A stretch of DNA of 64,000 nucleotides from Flavobacterium sp. (GCF_044373165.1 NZ_JBILQL010000005.1:1046-65045), one strand, 5' to 3'. Positions 26,857 to 37,457 are shown, numbered from the stretch's first letter. Numbers and translations: made by a program. The notes: generated by a model from the letters alone, not told the origin.

Positions 26857-26925
26857 TCCTTGTAAAATTAAATGTTTTTACTTTTACCTTTACTTAATAA
26901 CTATTAACCAACTAAATATATAATT

Positions 26926-27129
26926 ATGAAAAAAAACATGGGCACTTTGGATCGAGGCATCAGAGTCGTTTTAGCGGCAGTTTTTGCTTATCTGTATTTT
27001 ACCGGAACGGTTAGCGGCACTTTAGGTTATGTGTTGTTAGCTTTTGGAGTTGTATTTTTATTAACCAGTTTGGTTAGCTTCTGTCCGCTTTATCCCTTAT
27101 TAGGAATCAACACTTGTAAGAACAAATAA
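26926..27129 (+). CDS. DUF2892 (YgaP-like) small membrane protein
   Basis: GTLDRGIRVVLAAVF ... SFCPLYPLLGINTC, the classic DUF2892 pattern. Confidence 0.78.
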   Translation: MKKNMGTLDRGIRVVLAAVFAYLYFTGTVSGTLGYVLLAFGVVFLLTSLVSFCPLYPLLGINTCKNK

Positions 27130-27147
27130 CTTGTTATTATTGTATTT

Positions 27148-27177
27148 AAAGTGCTGCTATTAGTAGCACTTTTTTTA
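27148..27177 (+). terminator. terminator after the DUF2892 gene
   Basis: AAGTGCTGCT-att-AGTAGCACTT hairpin followed by a T-run. Confidence 0.7.
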
Positions 27178-27273
27178 TTGGATATGGCTTAAAAAAAGAT
27201 TTCACTATTTTATAATAATTTTAATACTACTGCGTTTTATAAATAGTAATTTGCACCAAAATAACTACGCCAT

Positions 27274-28827
27274 ATGGACAAAATCAAAATACTTTGGGTG
27301 GATGACGAGATTGATTTGCTCAAGCCACATATCCTATTTCTAGAAAGCAAAAACTACCAGGTTACCACATACAACAATGGTCGAGACGCCATAGATGCTT
27401 ATGAAGAAGGTAATTTTGACATTGTTTTTTTAGATGAAAATATGCCCGGTATGAGTGGTTTGGAAACCTTGTCGGAAATGAAAGAGAAAAAATCCTCCAC
27501 ACCGGTCATTATGATTACCAAGAGTGAGGAAGAATACATTATGGAAGAAGCCATTGGCTCTAAGATTGCCGATTATTTGATTAAACCGGTTAATCCGAAC
27601 CAGATTTTGTTGAGCTTGAAAAAAAACCTCGACCACTCGAGATTAATTTCGGAAAAAACCACTTTAGATTATCAAAAGGAATTCCGCAAAATAGCGATGG
27701 AATTGTCCATGGTTAACAGCTATGAAGATTGGGTGGAATTGTACAAAAAGCTATTGTTTTGGGAATTGGAGTTGGAAAACATCAACGACCAAAGTATGTT
27801 TGAAATATTGGAAAGTCAGAAAGTCGAAGCCAACATGCAATTCGGAAAATTTATTGAACGCAATTATGAAAGTTGGTTCGAACCTAAGGCCGACAAACCC
27901 ATACAATCGCACACGCTTTTCAGAGAATTAGTCGTTCCTGAATTGGTTAAAAAAGACAAGCCGGTTTTGTTTGTGGTGATTGATAATTTGCGCTATGACC
28001 AATGGAAAGCGATGGAAAGTGTGGTGGGCAATCATTATAAATTGGAAAAAGAAATCCCGTATTACGCCAGTTTACCAACGGCTACGCAATACGCCAGAAA
28101 TTCCATTTTCTCGGGCTTAACACCATTAGAAATGGAAAAACAATTTCCGCAATATTGGAAAAATGACATTGATGAAGGCGGCAAAAACCTGCATGAAGCC
28201 GACTTCCTAACCGCGCATTTAAAACGTTTAGGACTAAACATCAAACAAGATTATTTTAAGATTACCAATTTAGCCGGCGGAAAAAAATTGGCAGACAACT
28301 TTAAAGCGCTGAAGGACAACCAACTTGTAACCATAGTTTACAATTTTGTCGATATGCTGTCACACGCCAAAACCGAAATGGATGTAGTAAAAGAATTGGC
28401 ATCCGATGACAAAGCGTATCGATCCCTAACTTTGAGTTGGTTTAAAAATTCACCGTTGTTGGAAATCATCCAACAGGCGCAAAAATTGGGCTTTAAGCTA
28501 ATCATTACCACCGATCACGGCACTATCAATGTGAAGAATCCATCAAAAGTGATAGGCGATAAAAACACCAGTTTGAACTTGCGCTATAAAACCGGTCGCA
28601 GTTTGACTTATGAAGACAAAGACGTTTATGCCGTAAAAGATCCTAAAAAAATTGGCTTGCCGACAATAAACATGAGCAGCTCTTACATCTTTGCCAAGAA
28701 TGATTTATTTTTGGCCTATGTAAACAACTACAATCATTATGTAAGTTACTACCGAAATACCTACCAACACGGCGGTATTTCGTTAGAAGAAATGATTGTA
28801 CCGTTTTTAGTGTTTAACCCTAAATAA
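27274..28827 (+). CDS. porX: PorX-type response regulator (CheY receiver + PglZ domain)
   Basis: 517 aa. Receiver KILWVDDE ... FLDENMPGMSG ... ADYLIKP. Long C-terminal PglZ/alkaline-phosphatase-like domain (VIDNLRYDQW, TTDHGT). Confidence 0.85.
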   Translation: MDKIKILWVDDEIDLLKPHILFLESKNYQVTTYNNGRDAIDAYEEGNFDIVFLDENMPGMSGLETLSEMKEKKSSTPVIMITKSEEEYIMEEAIGSKIADYLIKPVNPNQILLSLKKNLDHSRLISEKTTLDYQKEFRKIAMELSMVNSYEDWVELYKKLLFWELELENINDQSMFEILESQKVEANMQFGKFIERNYESWFEPKADKPIQSHTLFRELVVPELVKKDKPVLFVVIDNLRYDQWKAMESVVGNHYKLEKEIPYYASLPTATQYARNSIFSGLTPLEMEKQFPQYWKNDIDEGGKNLHEADFLTAHLKRLGLNIKQDYFKITNLAGGKKLADNFKALKDNQLVTIVYNFVDMLSHAKTEMDVVKELASDDKAYRSLTLSWFKNSPLLEIIQQAQKLGFKLIITTDHGTINVKNPSKVIGDKNTSLNLRYKTGRSLTYEDKDVYAVKDPKKIGLPTINMSSSYIFAKNDLFLAYVNNYNHYVSYYRNTYQHGGISLEEMIVPFLVFNPK

Positions 28828-28831
28828 AAGA

Positions 28832-28892
28832 AGTGATTAGTGAATAGTAATTAGTGATTAGCAGTTTTACTAATTACTATTCACTAATTACT
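28832..28892. repeat. long AT-rich inverted repeat (20-bp perfect stem) between porX and tsaE
   Basis: ATTAGTGAATAGTAATTAGT (28836..28855) pairs perfectly with ACTAATTACTATTCACTAAT (28869..28888). 13-nt loop, 3-4 further pairs outward, no T-run. Confidence 0.8.
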
Positions 28893-28906
28893 AATTACTG
28901 TTACCT

Positions 28907-29314
28907 ATGGAAATCATATTTTCAATAAACGAATTACAAGAAGTGGCTGAAAAAATCATAGCCGAAAACCCGCATAAAGTCATTGTTTTTAACGGTCAAA
29001 TGGGCGTTGGTAAAACCACTTTGATTAAAGCACTTTCCAAAGTGTTAGGTGTAAATGACACTACGAGTAGTCCGACTTTTTCTTTGGTCAACGAATACCA
29101 AACCAATGACCAACAAAACGTTTATCATTTCGATGTGTACCGATTAAAATCGGAAGCCGAAGCTTTAGATATGGGTATTGATGAATACTTGTATTCCGGA
29201 CATTGGTGTTTTATTGAATGGGCCGAAAAGATTCCGAATTTACTTCCTGATAACTATTCTACCATAGCCATGACTTCCGCTCCTGACGGCAAAAGAATTT
29301 TGAGACTGAGTTGA
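28907..29314 (+). CDS. tsaE: tRNA t6A37 biosynthesis ATPase TsaE
   Basis: 135 aa with P-loop GQMGVGKTT, SPTFSLVNEY, and HFDVYRL motifs. Confidence 0.87.
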   Translation: MEIIFSINELQEVAEKIIAENPHKVIVFNGQMGVGKTTLIKALSKVLGVNDTTSSPTFSLVNEYQTNDQQNVYHFDVYRLKSEAEALDMGIDEYLYSGHWCFIEWAEKIPNLLPDNYSTIAMTSAPDGKRILRLS

Positions 29315-29418
29315 CAACGGCAATGACAAAGTAAATTATTTTATTACTATTGATATTGATTTTTGAAATTGGCATTGATTTTTTTTTCGTACTTTCGAAC
29401 TAAATTCAATTGCTGATT

Positions 29419-30612
29419 ATGTCTTTAACCCCATTCACCAAGCAACAATTACTCCCTCAAGAGGAGAAATTAGAAGTCTTTCGCCACAAGAGCGAGCTTT
29501 TTATTGGGATACCTAAAGAAACCTCATATCAAGAAAGACGCATTTGCTTGACACCGGATGCGGTAAATTCATTGACTTCGCATGGACATAAAGTCATGAT
29601 CGAAGCCGGAGCCGGATTGAGTTCGAGTTATACCGATAAGGAATTTAGTGATGCCGGTGCTATCATTACCAACGACACTAAGAAAGTGTTAAGTTGTCCT
29701 ATGATACTGAAAGTTGAACCCTTAACTATGGAAGAAATCGGGTTGGTCAATCAGAATACTATTGTCATTTCGGCCATACAGTTAAAAACTCGAAAAAAAG
29801 AATACTTCGAAGCTTTATCCAAGAAAAAAGTTACTGCTTTAGCCTTCGAATACATCAAAGATGAAGATGGCTCTTATCCTGCTGTAAAATCGTTGAGCGA
29901 AATTGCCGGTACCGCTTCTGTACTAATTGCGGCTGAATTGATGATCAACAATGAATTTGGGAAAGGTTTGCTACTAGGCAACATAACCGGAGTGCCACCC
30001 ACTGATGTGGTAATTTTAGGCGCCGGCACTGTTGGAGAATTTGCCGCCAAAACAGCTTTAGGTTTGGGAGCCAATGTAAAAGTCTTTGACAACTCTATTA
30101 CCAAATTGCGCCGTTTGCAAAATAATTTGAACCAAAGAATCTTCACCTCTACCATACAACCCAAATCGTTGCTCAAAGCTTTGAGAAGATGTGACGTGGC
30201 TATTGGTGCCATGCGCGGCAAAGACCGTTGTCCGGTGGTAGTTACTGAAACCATGGTAGAGCACATGAAAAAAGGCGCAGTTATAGTAGATGTAAGCATT
30301 GATACCGGTGGTTGTTTTGAAACTTCAGAAGTAACCACGCACGAATCGCCGACTTTCATTAAAAACAATGTAATCCATTACTGCGTTCCGAATATTCCAT
30401 CACGTTATTCTAAAACGGCTTCTTTATCCATTAGTAACATCATTACACCTTACTTACTGCAAATTGCCGAAGACGGCGGATTGGAAAGCGCTATTCGTTG
30501 CAATAAAGGACTTAAAAACGGGGTTTACCTTTACCATGGTATATTGACGAACAAAGCCATAGGCGATTGGTTTAATTTACCGGATAATGACATTAACCTG
30601 ATTGTCTTTTAA
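29419..30612 (+). CDS. AlaDH/PNT-family NAD-dependent dehydrogenase (alanine dehydrogenase-like)
   Basis: IGIPKETSYQERRICLTP N-terminus and Rossmann motif VVILGAGTVG. ATG 29419 is preferred over TTG 29410. Confidence 0.8.
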   Translation: MSLTPFTKQQLLPQEEKLEVFRHKSELFIGIPKETSYQERRICLTPDAVNSLTSHGHKVMIEAGAGLSSSYTDKEFSDAGAIITNDTKKVLSCPMILKVEPLTMEEIGLVNQNTIVISAIQLKTRKKEYFEALSKKKVTALAFEYIKDEDGSYPAVKSLSEIAGTASVLIAAELMINNEFGKGLLLGNITGVPPTDVVILGAGTVGEFAAKTALGLGANVKVFDNSITKLRRLQNNLNQRIFTSTIQPKSLLKALRRCDVAIGAMRGKDRCPVVVTETMVEHMKKGAVIVDVSIDTGGCFETSEVTTHESPTFIKNNVIHYCVPNIPSRYSKTASLSISNIITPYLLQIAEDGGLESAIRCNKGLKNGVYLYHGILTNKAIGDWFNLPDNDINLIVF

Positions 30613-30652
30613 AATAATCTGCTTCCTTTTTTACTGTAACTCTAACATTGAT

Positions 30653-30660
30653 TACTTTTG
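30653..30660 (+). promoter_or_regulatory. -7 promoter box (TACTTTTG) for the DUF4258-like gene
   Basis: Exact TAnnTTTG match 17 nt upstream of the ATG at 30677. Confidence 0.4.
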
Positions 30661-30676
30661 CTGAAAAGAATCAATT

Positions 30677-31051
30677 ATGAAGTTTTATCAACGATTTGCT
30701 TACTATTTGGTAGGCTTTAGTATCGGAATGTTTTTTGTGGTCTTAATTTGGAGCGGAAAAGATACCCGATGTAATTATTTCCCCAATGCCAGAGTACTGA
30801 ACGACCTTCGGAACAAACCTTTTCAATACGACAGCTTGGCAACCCAAAAACTAAAGGAGAAATGGGTTGATACCGCCGACATCAGAGCAATACTAACGCA
30901 TGGCGATGTAGACTTTGACAATAGCAATAAACCCTTTAAAGGCGGAAAAATTTATGTTATTGAAGGGAAAAACAAAGTGAATGAGCCTATTACTTTAGAA
31001 GTCATTAATTATTCTAACAAGGCAGTTTTAAAAGATATCTTAAAAAAGTAA
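30677..31051 (+). CDS. membrane-anchored DUF4258-like protein
   Basis: 124 aa with an N-terminal TM (YYLVGFSIGMFFVVLIW). Family call from memory of similar Flavobacteriia proteins. Confidence 0.55.
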   Translation: MKFYQRFAYYLVGFSIGMFFVVLIWSGKDTRCNYFPNARVLNDLRNKPFQYDSLATQKLKEKWVDTADIRAILTHGDVDFDNSNKPFKGGKIYVIEGKNKVNEPITLEVINYSNKAVLKDILKK

Positions 31052-31056
31052 AACGC

Positions 31057-31092
31057 AAAAAAAAGGGTTGTCATTGTGACAACCCTTTTTTT
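31057..31092. terminator. bidirectional terminator between the DUF4258-like gene and secDF
   Basis: A-run, 9-bp stem GGGTTGTCA/TGACAACCC, 3-nt loop, T-run. Confidence 0.8.
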
Positions 31093-31108
31093 ATTTCATG
31101 AGAAAAGA

Positions 31109-34081
31109 CTAAGCTTGTTCTCCTTTGTGACGACTTTCGATTTCTTCGATGTCTTTTTTGCTTACACTGTCTACTAAGATTGGTGTTGCAATGAATAAGG
31201 AAGAATAAGTTCCTACAATGATTCCCACCAACATTGCAAAGATAAATCCTCGAATTGATTCCCCACCAAAGATGAACATAATCAACAATACAATAATCAT
31301 GGTTAAGGAAGTGTTGATGGTTCTGGAAAGTGTGGTGTTAATTGAGGCATTAACTACGTCTTTAAACGAACCTTTAATGTTTCCGGCTAAGAACTCACGA
31401 ACCCTGTCGAATACAATTACTGTATCGTTCATTGAGTAACCGATTACCGTTAAGATAGCCGCAATAAAGTGCTGATCCATTTCCATATGGAACGGCATGT
31501 ATTTGTATAATAACGAGTACAATCCTAAAACGAAAATAACATCGTGTAAAACCGCCGCAATCGCTCCTAATGAATATTGCCATCTGCGGAATGAAATTAC
31601 CAAGTACAATCCAACTACCAACATAGCACCGATAACAGCCCAGAAAGAGTTGGTTTTGATATCAGCAGAAATAGCAGCACCTACTTTTGAAGCTTGTAAA
31701 ACACCTACTTGTTTTCCGTCATAAGTATTAATAAAGTTGTCATAAGTAATGTTACCGTTATAGTATTTCTTCAAAGTATTGAATAACAATTCGTTTACTT
31801 CTTTATCTACTTCAACACCGTCTTCTTTGATTTTGTATTTGGTAGTCACTTTCAACTGATCATCTTCTCCAAATACTTTAGCTTCAACAGTTACCCCAAA
31901 AGCAGCAGATAATTCTTCTGAAACTTGAGTAGGCTCAACCGGTTTGTCAAATTTTACTTGGAATGTTCTTCCACCCACAAAATCAACACCTTCATCTAAT
32001 CCGTTAAAGTAAAAAGAAATACAACTTACTACAACTACTAAAGTAGAGAATACGTATGAAATTTTCTTAATGCCGATGAAATCAAAGTGGAAACCGGTAA
32101 ACCAGTTTTTAGTGATTGGAGTGGTGAAAGTTAGACTTCTGTTTTTAGCTATGTCTTTATCAATAAAGATTCTGGCGATAAAGATAGAGGTGAATAACGA
32201 AGTGAATATACCGATCAATAAAGTAGTAGCAAATCCTTGGATTGGTCCGGTTCCGAAGATAAATAAAATAGCTCCGGTTAACACGTGAGTCACGTTCGCA
32301 TCAATAATAGATCGCATAGCACCTTTCCAACCGTAAGAGGTTTTTACCGCATCGGCCAACGACTTACCATCTCGTAGTTCTTCTTTGGCTCTTTCATATA
32401 TAATAATGTTGGCATCTACCGCAGTTCCTAACGTTAACACGATACCGGCGATACCCGGCAAAGTCAATACGGCACCTAAACTGGCTAAGATTCCGAATAA
32501 GAATAACAAGTTCACTAACAAAGCAACGTTAGCATACCATCCGGCTCTACCGTAATAGAACATCATCCACAAACAAACCAATAAGAATCCTACTACTGAG
32601 GAAATCGTACCGGCATCAATGGCTTTTTGTCCTAAGGAAGGTCCAACAATTTCAGATTGGATAATTTCTGCTGTAGCCGGTAATTTACCAGCTCTTAATA
32701 CGTTAGCTAAATCTTTGGTTTCAGCTACATTGAAGCTACCTGTGATTTCAGATCTACCTCCGGCAATTGGTCCGGTAGTTACACCCGGTGCAGAATACAC
32801 TACATTATCTAAAGCAATCGCAATAGCACTTTTCTGAGTGTAAGCATTTCCGGTTAATTTTTCCCATTCTTTTGATCCGGCACCATTCATTTGCATAGAA
32901 ACGGCCGGTTTACCCATTTGGTCAAAAGTATCTCTGGCGTCAACAATAACACCTCCGCTTAATGGAGCTAAATCGTCTTTATTGCCTTTTAAAGCATATA
33001 ATTCAACGGTTTCCGTTTCTTTTTTCGTTTTCTCATCGGTAACTGTTGTCGGTTTTCCCCAAACGAATTTGGCAAAACGTTTGTCACCCGGTAATAAAGA
33101 ACGAATTTCAGATCGCTTCAAATAACCACTAACCGCAGCAGTATCTTTAGTATTTACAATCGCTAAGATCGGACCGCCACCAATAGAAACAAATTTGTCA
33201 AACAATGGATTGTTGCCTTTTTTAGCGGCTGCTGTGTCATTGTCTTTATCGGTTAACAATTTGGTCAATGAATCTTCAGCTTTAACGGCTTCTGCTTTTT
33301 CAGTAGTTTTAACAGTTGCTTTTAAAGCTTCGTTGGCTTGTTGTAAAAACCCGCCAAATTCTTCTGCTTTGAAAGCTTCCCAAAACTCTAATTCCGCTTT
33401 GCTTGACACTAATTTTTTGATACGATCAACATCTTTAGCACCAGGTAACTCGATTAAGATTCTACCGGTTTGTCCTAATTTGGCAATGTTTGGTTGGGTT
33501 ACCCCAAATTTATCGATACGACTTCTCAATACACCAAAAGCAGATTCTACCGACTCGTCAACTTTTCTGCGCAATACTTTTTTAACTTGCTCATCAGTTG
33601 AATTAAAGTTCAACTCTTGATCGTCAAAATTTCTATTGGCGAAAATATCTGGAGAAGCCAATTTGGTCGTTCCTTTGTTAGCATCGAAAGCTTCAAAAAA
33701 CGCATCCAAATAAGATTGGTTCCCTTGTTGGTTTGCCGTTGCATCTTCTAAGGCTTTGTTGAAAACCGGATTTTTAGAATTGTTTGATAATTGCTTCAAA
33801 ACGTCCTTAACAGAGATTTGAAGAATTACGTTAATTCCGCCTTCCAAGTCCAAACCTTTATTGATTTGTTTGTCTTTTACTTCATTGTAAGTAAAGAAAT
33901 CAAGAAATACTTTTTCCTTGCCTATCGAGTCAAGGTATTTAACTTCTTTCTCAGGATTTCCTCCCGCAAATGTTTTGGCGTCACTTTTTACTTTATTGGC
34001 TACAAAAGTGAACGATAATTGGTAAATACTTACCAAAGCAAATAAAATTGCGAAAAACTTAACTAGTCCTTTATTCTGCAT
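31109..34081 (-). CDS. secDF: protein translocase subunit SecDF (fused)
   Basis: 990 aa. SecD periplasmic domain followed by two 6-TM bundles. LGPSLG-type motif (IVGPSLGQKAI) and SecF-like C-terminal half. Confidence 0.93.
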   Translation of the reverse strand: MQNKGLVKFFAILFALVSIYQLSFTFVANKVKSDAKTFAGGNPEKEVKYLDSIGKEKVFLDFFTYNEVKDKQINKGLDLEGGINVILQISVKDVLKQLSNNSKNPVFNKALEDATANQQGNQSYLDAFFEAFDANKGTTKLASPDIFANRNFDDQELNFNSTDEQVKKVLRRKVDESVESAFGVLRSRIDKFGVTQPNIAKLGQTGRILIELPGAKDVDRIKKLVSSKAELEFWEAFKAEEFGGFLQQANEALKATVKTTEKAEAVKAEDSLTKLLTDKDNDTAAAKKGNNPLFDKFVSIGGGPILAIVNTKDTAAVSGYLKRSEIRSLLPGDKRFAKFVWGKPTTVTDEKTKKETETVELYALKGNKDDLAPLSGGVIVDARDTFDQMGKPAVSMQMNGAGSKEWEKLTGNAYTQKSAIAIALDNVVYSAPGVTTGPIAGGRSEITGSFNVAETKDLANVLRAGKLPATAEIIQSEIVGPSLGQKAIDAGTISSVVGFLLVCLWMMFYYGRAGWYANVALLVNLLFLFGILASLGAVLTLPGIAGIVLTLGTAVDANIIIYERAKEELRDGKSLADAVKTSYGWKGAMRSIIDANVTHVLTGAILFIFGTGPIQGFATTLLIGIFTSLFTSIFIARIFIDKDIAKNRSLTFTTPITKNWFTGFHFDFIGIKKISYVFSTLVVVVSCISFYFNGLDEGVDFVGGRTFQVKFDKPVEPTQVSEELSAAFGVTVEAKVFGEDDQLKVTTKYKIKEDGVEVDKEVNELLFNTLKKYYNGNITYDNFINTYDGKQVGVLQASKVGAAISADIKTNSFWAVIGAMLVVGLYLVISFRRWQYSLGAIAAVLHDVIFVLGLYSLLYKYMPFHMEMDQHFIAAILTVIGYSMNDTVIVFDRVREFLAGNIKGSFKDVVNASINTTLSRTINTSLTMIIVLLIMFIFGGESIRGFIFAMLVGIIVGTYSSLFIATPILVDSVSKKDIEEIESRHKGEQA

Positions 34082-34206
34082 TATTACTAAAAATTAATTA
34101 ATTCTTTGTTTTTTTCTTGCTTTCACAAAAATTAAAACCCCTGAAATTCAAAACTTTACCAAATAAAGCCTCAGATTTACAATTATCCCCTTTTTTATGA
34201 AACGTG

Positions 34207-34214
34207 CAAATATA
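34207..34214 (-). promoter_or_regulatory. candidate -7 box (TATATTTG on the minus strand) for secDF
   Basis: Exact TAnnTTTG, but 126 nt upstream of the ATG. The same extended GCAAATATATAA string occurs upstream of gyrB. Confidence 0.3.
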
Positions 34215-34256
34215 TAATTATCGATAAGATTAACCAATATTTTCACCATTAATATC

Positions 34257-34291
34257 AAAAAAAAGACTGCAAAGTTTGCAGTCTCTTTTTT
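34257..34291 (-). terminator. terminator after mdh
   Basis: GACTGC-aaagttt-GCAGTC hairpin flanked by an A-run and a T-run, 17 nt after the mdh stop. Confidence 0.75.
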
Positions 34292-34307
34292 ATCATACCT
34301 TAATATA

Positions 34308-35243
34308 TTATCCTAAATGCGATTTTAAATCGTTGTTCATGTTGCGAACGGCATCGGCACTCTTAGCGAATAATGCTTTTTCAGACTCATTCAAGTGGAT
34401 ATCCACAATTTGCTCCACACCGTTTTTGCCGATGATACAAGGCACTCCGATACAAATATCACTCTGACCGTACTCGCCTTCTAAAAACACCGAACACGGA
34501 ATCATTTTATGTTGGTCGTTTAAAATAGCATCTACCAAATACGCTACTGAAGCACCAGGCGCATACCAAGCAGAAGTTCCTAATAAAGCGGTTAAAGTAG
34601 CGCCGCCAACCATAGTGTCTGCTGCCACTTTAGCCAAAGCTTCTTCAGACAAAAACTGAGAAACCGGCACACCGTTGTAAGAGGCCAATCGGGTTAACGG
34701 AATCATGGTAGTATCTCCGTGTCCACCAATAACCATTCCTTGGATATCATTCGCCGGCTTGTCTAGAGCCAACGACAAATAGGTTTTGAAACGAGAGCTG
34801 TCTAACGTTCCACCCATTCCGATGATTCTGTTTTTAGGCAATCCTAACGATTTATATGCCAAATAAGTCATGGTATCCATTGGATTAGATACAATTACAA
34901 AAATGGCATTTGGAGAATGTTGTAATAAACTTTCCGCCACACCTTTTACAATTCCGGCATTGATTCCGATCAACTCCTCACGAGTCATTCCCGGTTTTCT
35001 CGGTACTCCCGAGGTGATTACCACCACATCACTTCCGGCCGTTTTGGTGTAATCATTCGTACTGCCGATTACTTTGGTATTGAACCCTAAAGTGGTTTGG
35101 GTTTGCGTAATGTCTAACGCTTTTCCTTCTGCAAAACCTTCTCTGATATCTACCAACACAATTTCGCTGGCAATTCTTCTGTAAGCAATCGCATCGGCAC
35201 AAGTGGCTCCAACGTTTCCTGCTCCTACAATAGTAACTTTCAT
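34308..35243 (-). CDS. mdh: malate dehydrogenase (LDH-like type)
   Basis: 311 aa. MKVTIVGAGNVG Rossmann motif, ITSGVPRKPGMTREEL substrate loop, and GGHGD. Confidence 0.93.
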   Translation of the reverse strand: MKVTIVGAGNVGATCADAIAYRRIASEIVLVDIREGFAEGKALDITQTQTTLGFNTKVIGSTNDYTKTAGSDVVVITSGVPRKPGMTREELIGINAGIVKGVAESLLQHSPNAIFVIVSNPMDTMTYLAYKSLGLPKNRIIGMGGTLDSSRFKTYLSLALDKPANDIQGMVIGGHGDTTMIPLTRLASYNGVPVSQFLSEEALAKVAADTMVGGATLTALLGTSAWYAPGASVAYLVDAILNDQHKMIPCSVFLEGEYGQSDICIGVPCIIGKNGVEQIVDIHLNESEKALFAKSADAVRNMNNDLKSHLG

Positions 35244-35280
35244 TTTGTATATAATTTGTTGTTTCTTTTTATTTTTTTGA

Positions 35281-35359
35281 AGCTATTCCCGCTTTACGCT
35301 GCAATCTTTTTTGGTTTGTGAACAAACCAAAAAAGGATTTCCACTTCAATCGGGGCTAG
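35281..35359. repeat. about 80-nt imperfect palindromic element between gyrB and mdh
   Basis: Core 12-bp perfect stem TTTTTTGGTTTG/CAAACCAAAAAA (35307..35334, loop tgaa). It is flanked by partly complementary arms AGCTATTCCCGCTTTACGCTGCAATC / GGATTTCCACTTCAATCGGGGCTAGT. Confidence 0.7.
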
Positions 35360-37306
<1,947 letters not shown>

Positions 37307-37339
37307 TTATCGTAAAAAATGTATTTTTTGTCTAACACG

Positions 37340-37347
37340 CAAATATA
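37340..37347 (-). promoter_or_regulatory. -7 promoter box (TATATTTG on the minus strand) for gyrB
   Basis: Exact TAnnTTTG match 40 nt upstream of the ATG at 37300. Confidence 0.45.
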
Positions 37348-37423
37348 TAAAAACACATAGGATTTCCTATTGAAAAAAGGGTTTAAAACCTTTAAGTTAT
37401 TAACATTTTTGACCTGATTTCAA

Positions 37424-37457
37424 CAAAAAACGCCTGCCGAAATTGACAGACGTTTTT
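37424..37457 (-). terminator. terminator after asnB
   Basis: AAACGCCTG ... CAGACGTTT hairpin (one C.A mismatch) with a T-run on the minus strand. Confidence 0.6.

Noticed and set aside
29874-30368. 164-aa antisense ORF inside the AlaDH-family gene
   Set aside because: It sits opposite a well-supported gene and shows no motifs. This is typical of the long shadow ORFs opposite GC-richer coding regions.
33195-33620. 141-aa antisense ORF in secDF. Similar ones occur in gyrB (35706..36125), asnB (37704..38042, 38412..38843, 38911..39279), the TPR gene (42392..43328, 44094..44617) and the RND gene (16291..19148 series).
   Set aside because: All lie inside long, motif-supported genes on the other strand or frame. 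None has recognisable domains.
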